Source: an uncultured Actinomycetes bacterium
GTDB taxonomy: Bacteria; Actinomycetota; Actinomycetes; Streptosporangiales; Streptosporangiaceae
Length of the DNA stretch: 64,000 nt
Assembly (NCBI GenBank): GCA_963801155.1
Contig: CAWDEB010000026.1
Location: 24,038-88,037 of the forward strand
Direction of reading: 5' to 3'
Positions 28,881-37,294 of the stretch are shown here, piece after piece (position 1 is the first letter of the stretch; each line of letters begins with the position of its first letter). The translations under genes were made by a program, and so were the position numbers. The notes beneath the pieces are model-generated. The model saw only the letters and a list, made by a program, of their open reading frames with translations. It was not told the DNA's origin and searched no databases.

Positions 28881-30473
28881 ATGAGCGTCAGCAGTAGCGC
28901 CAGCGCCGGCGGCCGGTCGAAGAGCCTGGTTCTGACGGCGATGATTTTCGCGGTCGCGATGACGTTCATCGATCAGACGATCGTCTCGATCGCCGCGCCT
29001 ACCATTCAGCATGATCTGGGCCTGTCGTCCAGCGGGATGCAGTGGGCGATCAATGCCTACCTGCTGACGCTGGCGGCCTTGTTCGCGTTCGGCGGCCGGC
29101 TGGCCGACATCGCCGGGCACCGGCGGATGGTGGTGCTCGGGGTGATCATCTTCGCGGGTGCGTCGGCGCTGTGCGGCGCCACGCCGCGCGGCGGCGCCGC
29201 GGAGGCGTGGCTGGTGGCGTTCCGCGCGGTGCAGGGTGCGGGCGGGGCGATCATGTTCCCGGCCGCGATCGCTATCGTGGTGGTGACCTTCGACCTGCGC
29301 TCGCGCGGCCGGGCCCTGGCCTTGTTCTTCGGCATCGCCGGGGCGCTGACCGCGATCGGCCCGATCGCGGGCGGGTACCTGATCGAGTGGACCTGGCGGT
29401 CGATCTTCTGGATCAACATCCCGGTCGCCTTGATCGCGCTGGCGCTGATCGCCATCTCCAAGCCGCCCAACCAGTGCCGCCCGGCCCCGATGGACTACCG
29501 CGGCCTGGCCCTGATCACCGCCGGGGTGGGGCTGTCGGTGTTCGGCTTGCAGCAGTCGGCCCTGTGGGGCTGGGGCGACCCGGCCATCTGGGTGGGCATC
29601 GCGGCCGGCCTGCTGCTGCTGATCGTGTTCTTCGCCGTCGAGCGCCGGACCTCCTCGCCGCTGATCAACGTGCGGATCTTCAGTAACCGGGCGTTCCTGG
29701 CCGAGAACATCATCCTGGGCGTGGCGATGATGGCGTTCATCCCGGTGTTCTTCTTCGCCGCCCTGTACGGGCAGGTCGCCCTGGCCGAGAAGGCCACCAC
29801 GTCCAGCCTGCTCATCTTGTACTTCTTCCTCGGCTTCGTGGTCTGCGCGCAGATCGGCGGCCGGATGCTGGACCGGATCGGCGCCAAGCGGCCCGTGGTC
29901 CTGGGCAGCGCGCTGGCCGCCGTGGGGTTCGGGCTGTGGGCCGGGCGGGCCACCGATCTGCACGTCGGCGGCCAGGTCATCTACATCGTGATGGCCGGGG
30001 CCGGGATGGGCCTCATGCTGGGCCAGGCCAACACCGACGCGATCAACCGGGCCTCCCGGTACTCCTACGGCGAGGCCACCGGCATCACCCAGACCGTCCG
30101 CAACTACGGCGCCAGTCTCGGCTTCGCCATCCTGGGCACGATCTTGATCACCGGGTTCCGGTCCGCGATCACCTCCTCGCTGACCGCCCGCGGCCTGCCC
30201 GGCCCCGCAGCATCCGCCGAGGCAGCCAAGATCGCCCAGCTGCAAGGCGGCAACGGCAACATCACCGCCATCCCGCAGTTCATCCGCGCCGACTTCGCCG
30301 GCGCCACCCGCGACGTGCTGTACGCCATGGCCGTCATCATGGCGGTCGCGACCGTCGTGGCGCTGCGCGGCCTCAAGCGCGGAGTCCAGGCAGACACACA
30401 AGCGGCCGCGGCCGACCGCGGGGACCAGCTTCGCGGCGAGGCCGAGGCCGACGCACACCCCGCCCGCTGGTAG
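28881..30473 (+). CDS. MFS transporter, 14-TM DHA2 (EmrB/QacA-like) drug:H+ antiporter type
   Basis: 530 aa with many TM helices, FIDQTIVSIAAPTIQHDLG at the N-terminus and GGRLADIAGHRRM as motif A. Confidence 0.85.
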   Translation: MSVSSSASAGGRSKSLVLTAMIFAVAMTFIDQTIVSIAAPTIQHDLGLSSSGMQWAINAYLLTLAALFAFGGRLADIAGHRRMVVLGVIIFAGASALCGATPRGGAAEAWLVAFRAVQGAGGAIMFPAAIAIVVVTFDLRSRGRALALFFGIAGALTAIGPIAGGYLIEWTWRSIFWINIPVALIALALIAISKPPNQCRPAPMDYRGLALITAGVGLSVFGLQQSALWGWGDPAIWVGIAAGLLLLIVFFAVERRTSSPLINVRIFSNRAFLAENIILGVAMMAFIPVFFFAALYGQVALAEKATTSSLLILYFFLGFVVCAQIGGRMLDRIGAKRPVVLGSALAAVGFGLWAGRATDLHVGGQVIYIVMAGAGMGLMLGQANTDAINRASRYSYGEATGITQTVRNYGASLGFAILGTILITGFRSAITSSLTARGLPGPAASAEAAKIAQLQGGNGNITAIPQFIRADFAGATRDVLYAMAVIMAVATVVALRGLKRGVQADTQAAAADRGDQLRGEAEADAHPARW

Positions 30474-30483
30474 GCCCTTGGCC

Positions 30484-30672
30484 TAGGTCGCCGGTGTGCA
30501 GCCAGCCGCCCCTGAGCGCCTCGGCGGTCTCGGCGGGCTGCGGCGCCGAACAGCCCAGTCCGCCAGCAGGACAGGTCGCGGTCGGCCAGGTCGGGCAGGC
30601 GCAGCAGGAACTGGTACATCGTCGGGACGCCGAAGAACATCAGCGACCGGTGCACCGTGCGATTGCGCCGAG
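30484..30672 (-). pseudogene. relic of an AMP-dependent synthetase/ligase (internally deleted fragment)
   Basis: Reverse translation gives ..SLMFFGVPTMYQFLLRLPDLADRDLSCWRTGLFGAA.. followed, after a frame change, by ..ETAEALRGGWLHTGDL. The GWLHTGD adenylate-forming signature lies directly next to the VPTMY/GxxGAA region, which is normally about 100 aa away. There is no N-terminal half and no C-terminal subdomain. Confidence 0.5.
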
Positions 30673-30685
30673 CCCGTCAGCGTCA

Positions 30686-30717
30686 TTGTACAAATAGATC
30701 GATATTGAAGTGTACGC
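30686..30717 (+). promoter_or_regulatory. candidate TA operator/promoter (two GTAC-centred palindromes in an AT-rich patch)
   Basis: TTGTACAA (30686-30693, a perfect palindrome) and GTGTACGC (30710-17) flank ATAGATCGATATTGAA immediately upstream of the antitoxin ATG. Confidence 0.3.
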
Positions 30718-30724
30718 TAAGAGC

Positions 30725-30985
30725 ATGGACGTAGCCGTGAGCGAGTTGAGGGCCCACCTCAGCGATTACCTCGACCGGGCCCGCGAAGGCGCCGAGGTAG
30801 TGATCACAGACAGGGGCGTGCCGATCGCCCGGCTGCTCGGCCTGACCGCCACCGCCACCCTAGAACGGCTGGCCGCCGAGGGCGTCATCGCCAGGGCCGC
30901 AGTGCCGCGTCCCAGGGCATCCGGACAACCCCGGCCCCGGTCCCGCCGGCCCGTCGCCGACATCGTCAGCGACCAGCGGCGCTGA
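30725..30985 (+). CDS. Phd/YefM-family type II antitoxin
   Basis: MDVAVSELRAHLSDYLDRAREGAEVVITDRGVPIARL. The stop lies 2 nt before the toxin ATG. The longest ORF starts at GTG 30710. Confidence 0.8.
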   Translation: MDVAVSELRAHLSDYLDRAREGAEVVITDRGVPIARLLGLTATATLERLAAEGVIARAAVPRPRASGQPRPRSRRPVADIVSDQRR

Positions 30986-30987
30986 CG

Positions 30988-31464
30988 ATGGCGCTGATTT
31001 ACTTCGATTCCAGCGCCCTGGTCAAGCTCCTCGTGCAGGAGGAAGGCAGCGACCTGGCCGCCGAACTGTGGGACGGCTGCGATGCTGCCCTGGCCAGCCG
31101 GCTCGCCTATCCCGAGGTCTGCGCCGCGCTGGCCGCAGCCTGCCGCAACCATGACCTCAGCCAGGATGACCTGGACGTGGCCGAGCGGGCATGGGAGCGA
31201 TACTGGGCCTCGGTACGCCCGGTCGAACTCACCGCAGCCGTCGAACGCCAGGCTGGGCAACTCGCTCGCACGCACGCCCTGCGCGGTGCCGACGCCGTGC
31301 ACCTGGCCAGTGCGCTGGCCCTCGCCGACCCAGACCTCATCGTCGCCGCCTGGGACCGCCGGCTGCACGCCGGCGCGACCACCGCCGGGCTGCTCGTCGC
31401 CCCCGCAGAACTCCCTCGCGCTGACCTGCCAGCGCCACCAGTACAGCAGGCGACGGACTCCTGA
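30988..31464 (+). CDS. vapC: PIN-domain toxin (VapC-type)
   Basis: 158 aa starting MALIYFDSSALVKLLVQEEGS, with ..GADAVHLASAL.. and ..VAAWDRRL.. giving a typical PIN acidic-residue pattern. Confidence 0.75.
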   Translation: MALIYFDSSALVKLLVQEEGSDLAAELWDGCDAALASRLAYPEVCAALAAACRNHDLSQDDLDVAERAWERYWASVRPVELTAAVERQAGQLARTHALRGADAVHLASALALADPDLIVAAWDRRLHAGATTAGLLVAPAELPRADLPAPPVQQATDS

Positions 31465-31498
31465 ACGAGCGCCACCCGCGCCATGCAGCTCCAGGAGG

Positions 31499-31567
31499 GG
31501 ACTGATCTCGGATCTCGGACTGGTCAACCGCCTGGTCCCCGACGCCGAGGTCCGCGCCGCCCACCTA
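31499..31567 (+). pseudogene. possible short relic of an enoyl-CoA hydratase (crotonase) gene
   Basis: The frame reads GLISDLGLVNRLVPDAEVRAAHL. This resembles the crotonase signature (GLVNRVVP + D/E-L). Only about 23 codons are present, with no start, and the fragment runs into the convergent DUF4032 gene. Confidence 0.25.
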
Positions 31568-32860
31568 GGCCAGCTCGCCCGTCGCGGTGGCCGGCTCGTC
31601 CAGCGGCCCGGTCACCGCGTCGATGGGACCCGTCGCGTCGCCCAGCGTCTCATCCAGCGGCTGGGGCGCCTCGGGCAGCACCTGCTCGAGGTAGTCCCTG
31701 GTGGCCGCGGTCGTGCCGACGTCACGGCCGGCGGCCTCGGACATGTACCAGCGGTGCTCGAGGATCTCGTGGAAGATCTCCGCCGGGGGCAGCCGCCCAC
31801 GGAGATCTTCCGGGATCGCGGCGATGACCGGATCGTAGATCTCCTCCAGCCACCGGTTGGCCGTCACGATCTCCGAGACCGGGTGTCCCTCCTTCTGCTC
31901 CAGGTAGGCACGGAAGCCGGCGATGTCGTTGAGCAGCCTGCGCGCCTGGTTCTCCCCGGCGTCGATCCCGGTCCGCAGGAAGAGCTGCCGGGCGAAGTGC
32001 CCGGATTCCGAAACCCGGGTCCGCAGCCGCAGCTTGTTCCCCTCCGGGGTGGGGATGAGCTCGACCTCGTCGGCGTCGAAGCCCAGCTTGTTGAGCCGGT
32101 GCAGCCGCTCGGCGATCCGGCGCCGCTGATCCTCGGGGCGCAGGATCTCCTCGCGGGTCAGTTCCTGCCACAGGGACCGGTAGCGCTGGCCCAGCTCCTC
32201 GGCGATCTCGAACGGGTCCACCTCGTCCGGGAGCAGGTCGCCGGCCTGCAGGTCGAGCAGCTCGCCGGCCACTCGCTCGGTAGCCAGCTCGATGTCGTAC
32301 TTACGCTGCCCGTCGGATAGCGCCGGGTGCTGCTCGCTGGTCTCCGCGTCGACCAGGTAGGCCTCCAGCGTGCCCGCGTCGTGCCGGAACAGCGTGTTGG
32401 ATAGCGAGCAGTCGCCCCAGAAGAACCCGGACAGGTGCAGCCGGACGAGGAGCTCCACCAGGGCGTCCAGCAGCCCGTCGATGGGCTGGACGCCCCGCGG
32501 GTGGGAGAAGACCGCGCGGTACGTGGTCGCGTAGCTGAGAAACCTGGTGACCAGGATCGCGTCGGCGTCCGGGTGGTCAGGGTCCCGGTCGACCGCGATC
32601 CCGACCGCCTCGACGGCCGGGACGTTGAGGTCGGCCAGCGCCCGCAGCACCCGGTACTCCCGCCGGGCCAGCCGCTCGTTGAGTTCCTTCAGCGCGTACA
32701 GCGCGCCGTCGTCGTACACGAACCGCACCACATGCCGCGAGATGCCCCGCTGCCGGATCTCGACCAGCCGGTCGTCGTGCCATTCGGTCAGCGGCACGGA
32801 CCACGGCAGGGTCAGCAGCCCGGCCGCGTGGTCGGCGGGAGGGGTGAAGACGAACCGCAC
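31565..32860 (-). CDS. DUF4032 domain protein with kinase-like N-terminal half
   Basis: 431 aa with ..YALKELNERLARREYRVLRAL.., ..GFFWGDCSLSNTLF.., LVDAETSE. The second half is typical of actinobacterial DUF4032 proteins. Confidence 0.65.
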   Translation of the reverse strand: MRFVFTPPADHAAGLLTLPWSVPLTEWHDDRLVEIRQRGISRHVVRFVYDDGALYALKELNERLARREYRVLRALADLNVPAVEAVGIAVDRDPDHPDADAILVTRFLSYATTYRAVFSHPRGVQPIDGLLDALVELLVRLHLSGFFWGDCSLSNTLFRHDAGTLEAYLVDAETSEQHPALSDGQRKYDIELATERVAGELLDLQAGDLLPDEVDPFEIAEELGQRYRSLWQELTREEILRPEDQRRRIAERLHRLNKLGFDADEVELIPTPEGNKLRLRTRVSESGHFARQLFLRTGIDAGENQARRLLNDIAGFRAYLEQKEGHPVSEIVTANRWLEEIYDPVIAAIPEDLRGRLPPAEIFHEILEHRWYMSEAAGRDVGTTAATRDYLEQVLPEAPQPLDETLGDATGPIDAVTGPLDEPATATGELA

Positions 32861-32902
32861 GTGAACAGTCTTCCGTATCGTCGCCGCCTGCGGCGAGCGG
32901 TC

Positions 32903-33841
32903 CTAACCGAGCTGGGCCGGAGACATGTTCGCGCCGCTGATCACCACGGCGACGTGCTCGCCCGGGGCGGGCTTGTACACGCCGGCCAGCAGGGCCGCGA
33001 TCCCGACCGAGGCGGCGGGCTCCGCGGCGACCCGGAACGCCTGCCACAGGGCCCGCTGCGCCTCGAGGATCGAGGCGTCGTCGACGAGTACCACGTCCCC
33101 GACATGGGCCTGGGTGATGGGAAACACCAGCTCGCCGACCCGCCGCGGGGCCAGGGCATCTGCCGCGACGCTGCCCGCCGGGGCGTCGGCGGGCTGCCCG
33201 GCGGCCCGGGCGTAGCTGAGCGTGGGCGCGCCCTCGGGCTCCACCCCGATCACGCGGACGGCGCCCGCGAACCAGGCCGCGACGCCGGCGATCAGGCCGC
33301 CGCCGCCGACCGGCACCAGCACCGTGTCCAGATCGGTGGCCTGCTCGGCCAGCTCCAGGCCAAGGGTGCCCTGCCCGAGGATGGTCTCGCGCTGGTCGTA
33401 GGCATGTATGCTCATGGCGCCCGAGCTCCGCTCCCAGTCCTGGGCCGCGGCCAGGGCGTCGGCGTAGCGTTCCCCGGTGACGACCAGGTCGGCGCCGAGC
33501 CGGCGGATGCGCTCGATCTTGGCCGGCGTGGACACGGTGGGCACGAAGATCTTCGCCGGCACGCCGCGGCGGTGCGCCGCGTAGGCCACGGCTACGCCAT
33601 GATTGCCGCCGGACGCCGCCACCACCCCGGTCGGCGGCACCTCCCGCAGCAGCAGGTTCGTGAACGCGCCCCGGGCCTTGAACGAGCCGGCGCACTGCAG
33701 CTGCTCCAGCTTGAGCGTGCCCGTCGGCAGCGTCGCGGCCGACTCGTCAAGCTCGCTGAGGTCGATCTGGACGACCGGCGTCCGGCGAATGTAGGGGCGG
33801 ATCGTGTCGTAGCACCGTCGGATATCGTCACGGGAGATCAC
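32903..33841 (-). CDS. PLP-dependent serine/threonine dehydratase family enzyme
   Basis: 312 aa with PLP-lysine motif GSFKARGAF, ASGGNHG and the GGGGL glycine loop. Confidence 0.85.
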   Translation of the reverse strand: MISRDDIRRCYDTIRPYIRRTPVVQIDLSELDESAATLPTGTLKLEQLQCAGSFKARGAFTNLLLREVPPTGVVAASGGNHGVAVAYAAHRRGVPAKIFVPTVSTPAKIERIRRLGADLVVTGERYADALAAAQDWERSSGAMSIHAYDQRETILGQGTLGLELAEQATDLDTVLVPVGGGGLIAGVAAWFAGAVRVIGVEPEGAPTLSYARAAGQPADAPAGSVAADALAPRRVGELVFPITQAHVGDVVLVDDASILEAQRALWQAFRVAAEPAASVGIAALLAGVYKPAPGEHVAVVISGANMSPAQLG

Positions 33842-33879
33842 CTCTGCACTGTATGCCTCCGGGGGAGGAGACTAGCTTC

Positions 33880-34428
33880 ATGACTGAGCACACGCACCAC
33901 CAGGACGAAGACCCAGCCTGCGCGGTGGCCCACGGCGCCGTGCCCGCCCCGGCCTCGTCGGCTGCGGGGCAGCGCACGCTGGTAGCGGTCTTCGCCTCGC
34001 CGGTCGCCGGTTACCTGCTGAGATACGGTGCGGACCTGGGGTTCCGCGGGTTCTTGCTCGAACCCGACGAGGCGCGTGCCGCCGGGGCCGCCGCGCTCGG
34101 GTTTCCCCTGATCACGGTCCCGCCAGAGGACCTGGATGACTCGGCCGACGTGGTGGTGACCGACCATCACCGGCCCGAGCTCGGCGTCGTGCTCCGCGAC
34201 GCGCTGGCCACCAAGGCGAGGTGGATCGGGGTCATGGGCAACCCGCGGCACGTCGGGCCGCACGTGGCGATGCTCACCGAACTCGGTGTCCCGCCGGAAG
34301 AGATCGCTCGCGTGCACCGGCCGATCGGGCTCAACATCGGCTCGCGGACGCCGCCCGAGATCGCGATCGCCGCCCTGGCCGGGCTGCTGGCCGACCGCAA
34401 CGGCCGCTCCGGCGGGTTCGAGTTCTGA
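33880..34428 (+). CDS. XdhC-family (Rossmann-like accessory) protein
   Basis: GGAGGAG precedes ATG 33880. The C-terminal part reads [47 protein letters not shown], as in XdhC/CoxI. Confidence 0.65.
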   Translation: MTEHTHHQDEDPACAVAHGAVPAPASSAAGQRTLVAVFASPVAGYLLRYGADLGFRGFLLEPDEARAAGAAALGFPLITVPPEDLDDSADVVVTDHHRPELGVVLRDALATKARWIGVMGNPRHVGPHVAMLTELGVPPEEIARVHRPIGLNIGSRTPPEIAIAALAGLLADRNGRSGGFEF

Positions 34429-34508
34429 TCCGGCGCTCCAAGACGGCCAAATGTCAGTACCGGGGGTTAATCTCAGGCTCGGTATTGGACCAGGAGCGTG
34501 ATGAGTTG

Positions 34509-35153
34509 ATGGCCGACTACGGCGCGCAGGCTCGGCCTGCCAGACCCGGCGACGTCCCGCGGCCGAAGGGGTCGAAGGGGTCGAAGGGCCGGCCGGGACG
34601 TAAGCCGAAGGGCAGTGTGCCCGTGTTTGCCCCGGAAACTACGCCGGACAAGCCCGATCCCGACCACGTGCTGACCTGGCGGCAACGCAAGATCCTCCGG
34701 GCGATCCGGGAGTCGGTGCAGAACCGCGGCTACCCCCCGTCCATGCGGGAGATCGGCAACGCGGTCGGCCTGACCAGCACAGCGAGCGTCGGGTACCAGC
34801 TCAGCACCCTGCAGCGCAAGGGTTACCTGCACCGGGACGTGGGCCGGGCACGGACCGTGGAGGTACGCCTGCCTGGGCGACCGGAAGGGGCGGTCGGTGA
34901 GAGTACCCGCGCTGACCAGCGGGATGCCGCCCTGAGCAGCCGTGAACTGATCACCTGGCTGGCGGACCGGCGCTCTGAGCTGGGTCTCTCGCAGGCCGAG
35001 GTGGCGCAGCGGATGCGGACGTCGCAGCCTGCGGTGGCACGGCTGGAATCTCAGCGATATGACGCCCAGCTCTCGACGCTGGCGCTTTACGTGGAAGCTC
35101 TGGGACTCTCACTGGATTTCCTGCTCAGAGAGAAGCCGACGAGCGGCGCCTGA
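34509..35153 (+). CDS. chimeric regulator: LexA-type N-terminal winged-helix DNA-binding domain + C-terminal XRE-family HTH; no S24 peptidase domain
   Basis: [61 protein letters not shown] matches LexA_DNA_bind. The C-terminus [56 protein letters not shown] is an XRE HTH. There is no Ala-Gly cleavage site and no Ser/Lys dyad region. Confidence 0.75.
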   Translation: MADYGAQARPARPGDVPRPKGSKGSKGRPGRKPKGSVPVFAPETTPDKPDPDHVLTWRQRKILRAIRESVQNRGYPPSMREIGNAVGLTSTASVGYQLSTLQRKGYLHRDVGRARTVEVRLPGRPEGAVGESTRADQRDAALSSRELITWLADRRSELGLSQAEVAQRMRTSQPAVARLESQRYDAQLSTLALYVEALGLSLDFLLREKPTSGA

Positions 35154-35154
35154 C

Positions 35155-35210
35155 CGCGGCGTCCGGGCATACCCCCTCCGCGGCGTCCGGGCATACCCCC
35201 TCCGCGGCGA
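35155..35210 (+). repeat. 24-bp tandem direct repeat, 2.3 copies
   Basis: CCGCGGCGTCCGGGCATACCCCCT occurs at 35155-35178 and 35179-35202, with a partial third copy. It is intergenic, directly after the stop of the LexA-XRE gene. Confidence 0.9.
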
Positions 35211-35298
35211 TCGGTGGCACCCCATAGCGGTCGGCGCACTTGCGCCCGTTAGGCTGAAACTAGCCGAAGCGGGGGCAAAGGCACACGGGAGGCAGGCT

Positions 35299-37107
35299 GT
35301 GGCCGGGGCGTTCTTCCGGCACCGGGGACTCATCGCGTTCTCCGCCGGAGGCGCGATGGCCGAAACCACCGTGCTCTCGTTCCTGGCGCCCTCCGCCCGT
35401 CCGCTCGCACCGCAGGTCACGGCGCTCCCGCCGCTCGCGGCTTATCACGACCTCCGCTGGCTGTTCGCGTTCAACCAGTCCTGGCTCGGCTTCACCGCCG
35501 TGCTCGTGCTGCTGGTGCTGGCCCGGGCGGCCGTGGACGCGATCCTGGTCCAGCTGGCCTGGCCACGCCAGGCCGATCCGGCGGCGCCCCGCCTGCCCAG
35601 ACCGCGCTTCCTCACCTCGGTTGTGTCCTGTGCCGTGCTGACCTTCCTGGTGGGGCTGGTGCTGTCCCCGGTGGTCACGCTGATGTTCGGGGTGGCCCTG
35701 CTGCCGTTCTCCTGGCCGTATTTGGCCGCGGTGCCCATCCTGCTCGGCACCACGGTGGCACTGAGCCAGGGCGGCGTCGGCCAGGCGTGGTGGCGACGGC
35801 TGCCCCCGGTGCGTACCGCGGCGTGGGTGGTCGCGACCTTCCTGATCTTGTCCCTGGCCTCGGCGCTGATGGCGCATCTGGACACGCCCGGCATCGTGGC
35901 CGTGGCCGGGCTGGCCGGGGTGGTGGACGCCCGGGCCTGGTACGGGCTCACCGCCGCCGCGGTTGCCAGGGGGGTCCCAAGAGGGGCCAGGGGGTCCCAA
36001 GGGGGGTCCGGGGGGATGGGTCTGTCCCAAGGGGGGTCTGGGGGGATGGGTCCCCCCAGGAGCGGGGGGGGGGTTGGGGGGGGTCGTCCCCCCCGGGGTA
36101 TCTGGCTGCCGGTGGCGCCGCTGGCCGCGATGATGGTCCTCGCCGTGATGGTGGGGATGACCCGGCTGGCCTTCACCGGCACCGTGCATTTCGCCACTGG
36201 CACGAGCGGCGCAATCGCCGGGGCGGTCACCAGTGCCGACCAGGGAGCCGGGCTGACGACGGGGACGGCCGGTGGGGCCGGCGGGAACGGCGGCGGCAAA
36301 GGCGGTGCCGCCACCGGCGCGGCCAAGCCCCGGGGGGCGGTGCTGGTGGTCGAGGGCTTCGGGTCGAGTTGCTGCCACGCCGCCGACACCCTGCGGGCGG
36401 CCGAGCCGGGCATGCCCGTGCGCCAGTTCTCCTATCTGGGCCTGAACGCCGCCGGGCAGCCGGTCCCGTACGGCCCGGCGGCCGGGGACCTGTCCATCCA
36501 GGCGCTCGGCGACCGGATGGCCGCCCAGGTGGAAAGCCTGTACGACCAGGTTGGCGTGCCGGTGGACGTCGTTGCCGAGAGCGAGGGCACCCTCGGTCTG
36601 TACGCGATGCTGGCCCGGCACCCGCATGTGCCGGTCAAGTCGGTGACGCTGCTGAGCCCCATCGTCGAACCGGGCCAGCTGGGCCAGGCGGACGGCACCG
36701 TTCCGGGTGCCGCGCTGACCACGCTGAACAACCTGGTCGGCGGCATGTCGCCGTACGGCAGCTCGGGGGCCGACGCGCTGATCGACTCGGTCAGCCAGGT
36801 TGGTGCCCGGTATTTCGAGCTGGTCAGCCGCCAGCGGTCGCTGCCCTGGCTGGCGGTGATCCCGCTCGCCGACGCGGTGACCCTGCCCGCGTGCCCGTGG
36901 CCGCAAAACGTGATCTTCGTCGACGGCTTCCACGGCGGTCTGCTCGGCTACGCCTCCGTCCGCCAGCTGGTCGAAGCCTTCCTGTCCGGCGGCACCGCGA
37001 GCGCGGACAGCGCCTCCCAGCGGGAGCTTCGGACCACGGCCCAGCTCATCGCGTCGGCGGCCACGGCCTGGCGGATGCCCGAGCTCCACCAGGCCTGCCC
37101 GGGCTGA
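35299..37107 (+). CDS. membrane-anchored alpha/beta-hydrolase-like protein with G/P-rich insert
   Basis: GGGAGG sits 6 nt before GTG 35299 (alternative ATG 35356). The N-terminal half has about 6 TM helices. The C-terminal half reads VLVVEGFGSSCCH ... VVAESEGTLGLYAMLARHP, with a nucleophile-elbow-like AESEG. Confidence 0.65.
   Translation: MAGAFFRHRGLIAFSAGGAMAETTVLSFLAPSARPLAPQVTALPPLAAYHDLRWLFAFNQSWLGFTAVLVLLVLARAAVDAILVQLAWPRQADPAAPRLPRPRFLTSVVSCAVLTFLVGLVLSPVVTLMFGVALLPFSWPYLAAVPILLGTTVALSQGGVGQAWWRRLPPVRTAAWVVATFLILSLASALMAHLDTPGIVAVAGLAGVVDARAWYGLTAAAVARGVPRGARGSQGGSGGMGLSQGGSGGMGPPRSGGGVGGGRPPRGIWLPVAPLAAMMVLAVMVGMTRLAFTGTVHFATGTSGAIAGAVTSADQGAGLTTGTAGGAGGNGGGKGGAATGAAKPRGAVLVVEGFGSSCCHAADTLRAAEPGMPVRQFSYLGLNAAGQPVPYGPAAGDLSIQALGDRMAAQVESLYDQVGVPVDVVAESEGTLGLYAMLARHPHVPVKSVTLLSPIVEPGQLGQADGTVPGAALTTLNNLVGGMSPYGSSGADALIDSVSQVGARYFELVSRQRSLPWLAVIPLADAVTLPACPWPQNVIFVDGFHGGLLGYASVRQLVEAFLSGGTASADSASQRELRTTAQLIASAATAWRMPELHQACPG
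35965..36100 (-). repeat. G6/C6-tract element copy (reverse orientation) plus 30-bp tandem duplication, inside the CDS and in frame
   Basis: GTCCCAAGGGGGGTCYGGGGGGATGGGTC occurs twice (35994-36023 and 36024-36053). It is followed by AGCGGGGGGGGGGTTGGGGGGGGTCGTCCCCCCCGGGG. The reverse complement matches the core of the 50622 and 53461 copies. It encodes GSQGGSGGMGLSQGGSGGMGPPRSGGGVGGGRPPRG. Confidence 0.75.
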
Positions 37108-37151
37108 AACACGTAACCCGTGCGTCGGCCCCTGCTGGCGGGACACCAACT

Positions 37152-37180
37152 TTGAACAAGACACCGCGATCCGCTACGCT
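37152..37180 (+). promoter_or_regulatory. candidate sigma-70-type promoter of the trp leader (leaderless transcript)
   Basis: TTGAAC (37152-57), a 17-nt spacer and TACGCT (37175-80). The leader-peptide GTG lies 8 nt downstream of the -10. Confidence 0.5.
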
Positions 37181-37187
37181 GATCCGC

Positions 37188-37229
37188 GTGACGCGAGCAG
37201 CCCGGCTTCAGTGGTGGCGCCGCCGGTAG
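37188..37229 (+). CDS. trpL: trp leader peptide, 13 codons with tandem Trp codons
   Basis: GTG ACG CGA GCA GCC CGG CTT CAG TGG TGG CGC CGC CGG TAG translates to MTRAARLQWWRRR*. It lies directly upstream of anthranilate synthase. Confidence 0.6.
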   Translation: MTRAARLQWWRRR

Positions 37230-37260
37230 GCGGCCCGCTGACTTGCGCTCAGACACCGAA

Positions 37261-37294
37261 GCGACCGCCCGGAAACGGCGGCCGCTTTCCTTTT
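37261..37294 (+). terminator. attenuator terminator of the trp leader
   Basis: GCGACCGCC-cggaaac-GGCGGCCGC pairs at 8 of 9 positions and is followed by TTTCCTTTT. The upstream segment GGCGGCCCGC (about 37229-37239) can pair alternatively with GCGACCGCC. Confidence 0.55.

Noticed and set aside
26514-30458. Long minus-strand ORFs 26514..28196 and 28803..30458 opposite LAL regulator 4 and the MFS transporter.
   Set aside because: Same reasoning: composition-driven open frames antisense to well-supported genes.
34429-34508. Search for an actinobacterial SOS box (TCGAAC-N4-GTTCGA) upstream of the LexA-like gene and elsewhere. A half-site TCGAAC lies at about 60166.
   Set aside because: No full GAAC-N4-GTTC motif was found upstream of the gene. 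The only hit is a lone half-site in another locus, so no autoregulatory SOS operator can be claimed.
35965-36100. Whether the repeated G-tract units (and the 9-bp repeats at 46843-46887) could be a CRISPR array.
   Set aside because: The units are contiguous without spacers, only 9-30 bp long, and lie inside ORFs. No cas genes are present in the window.
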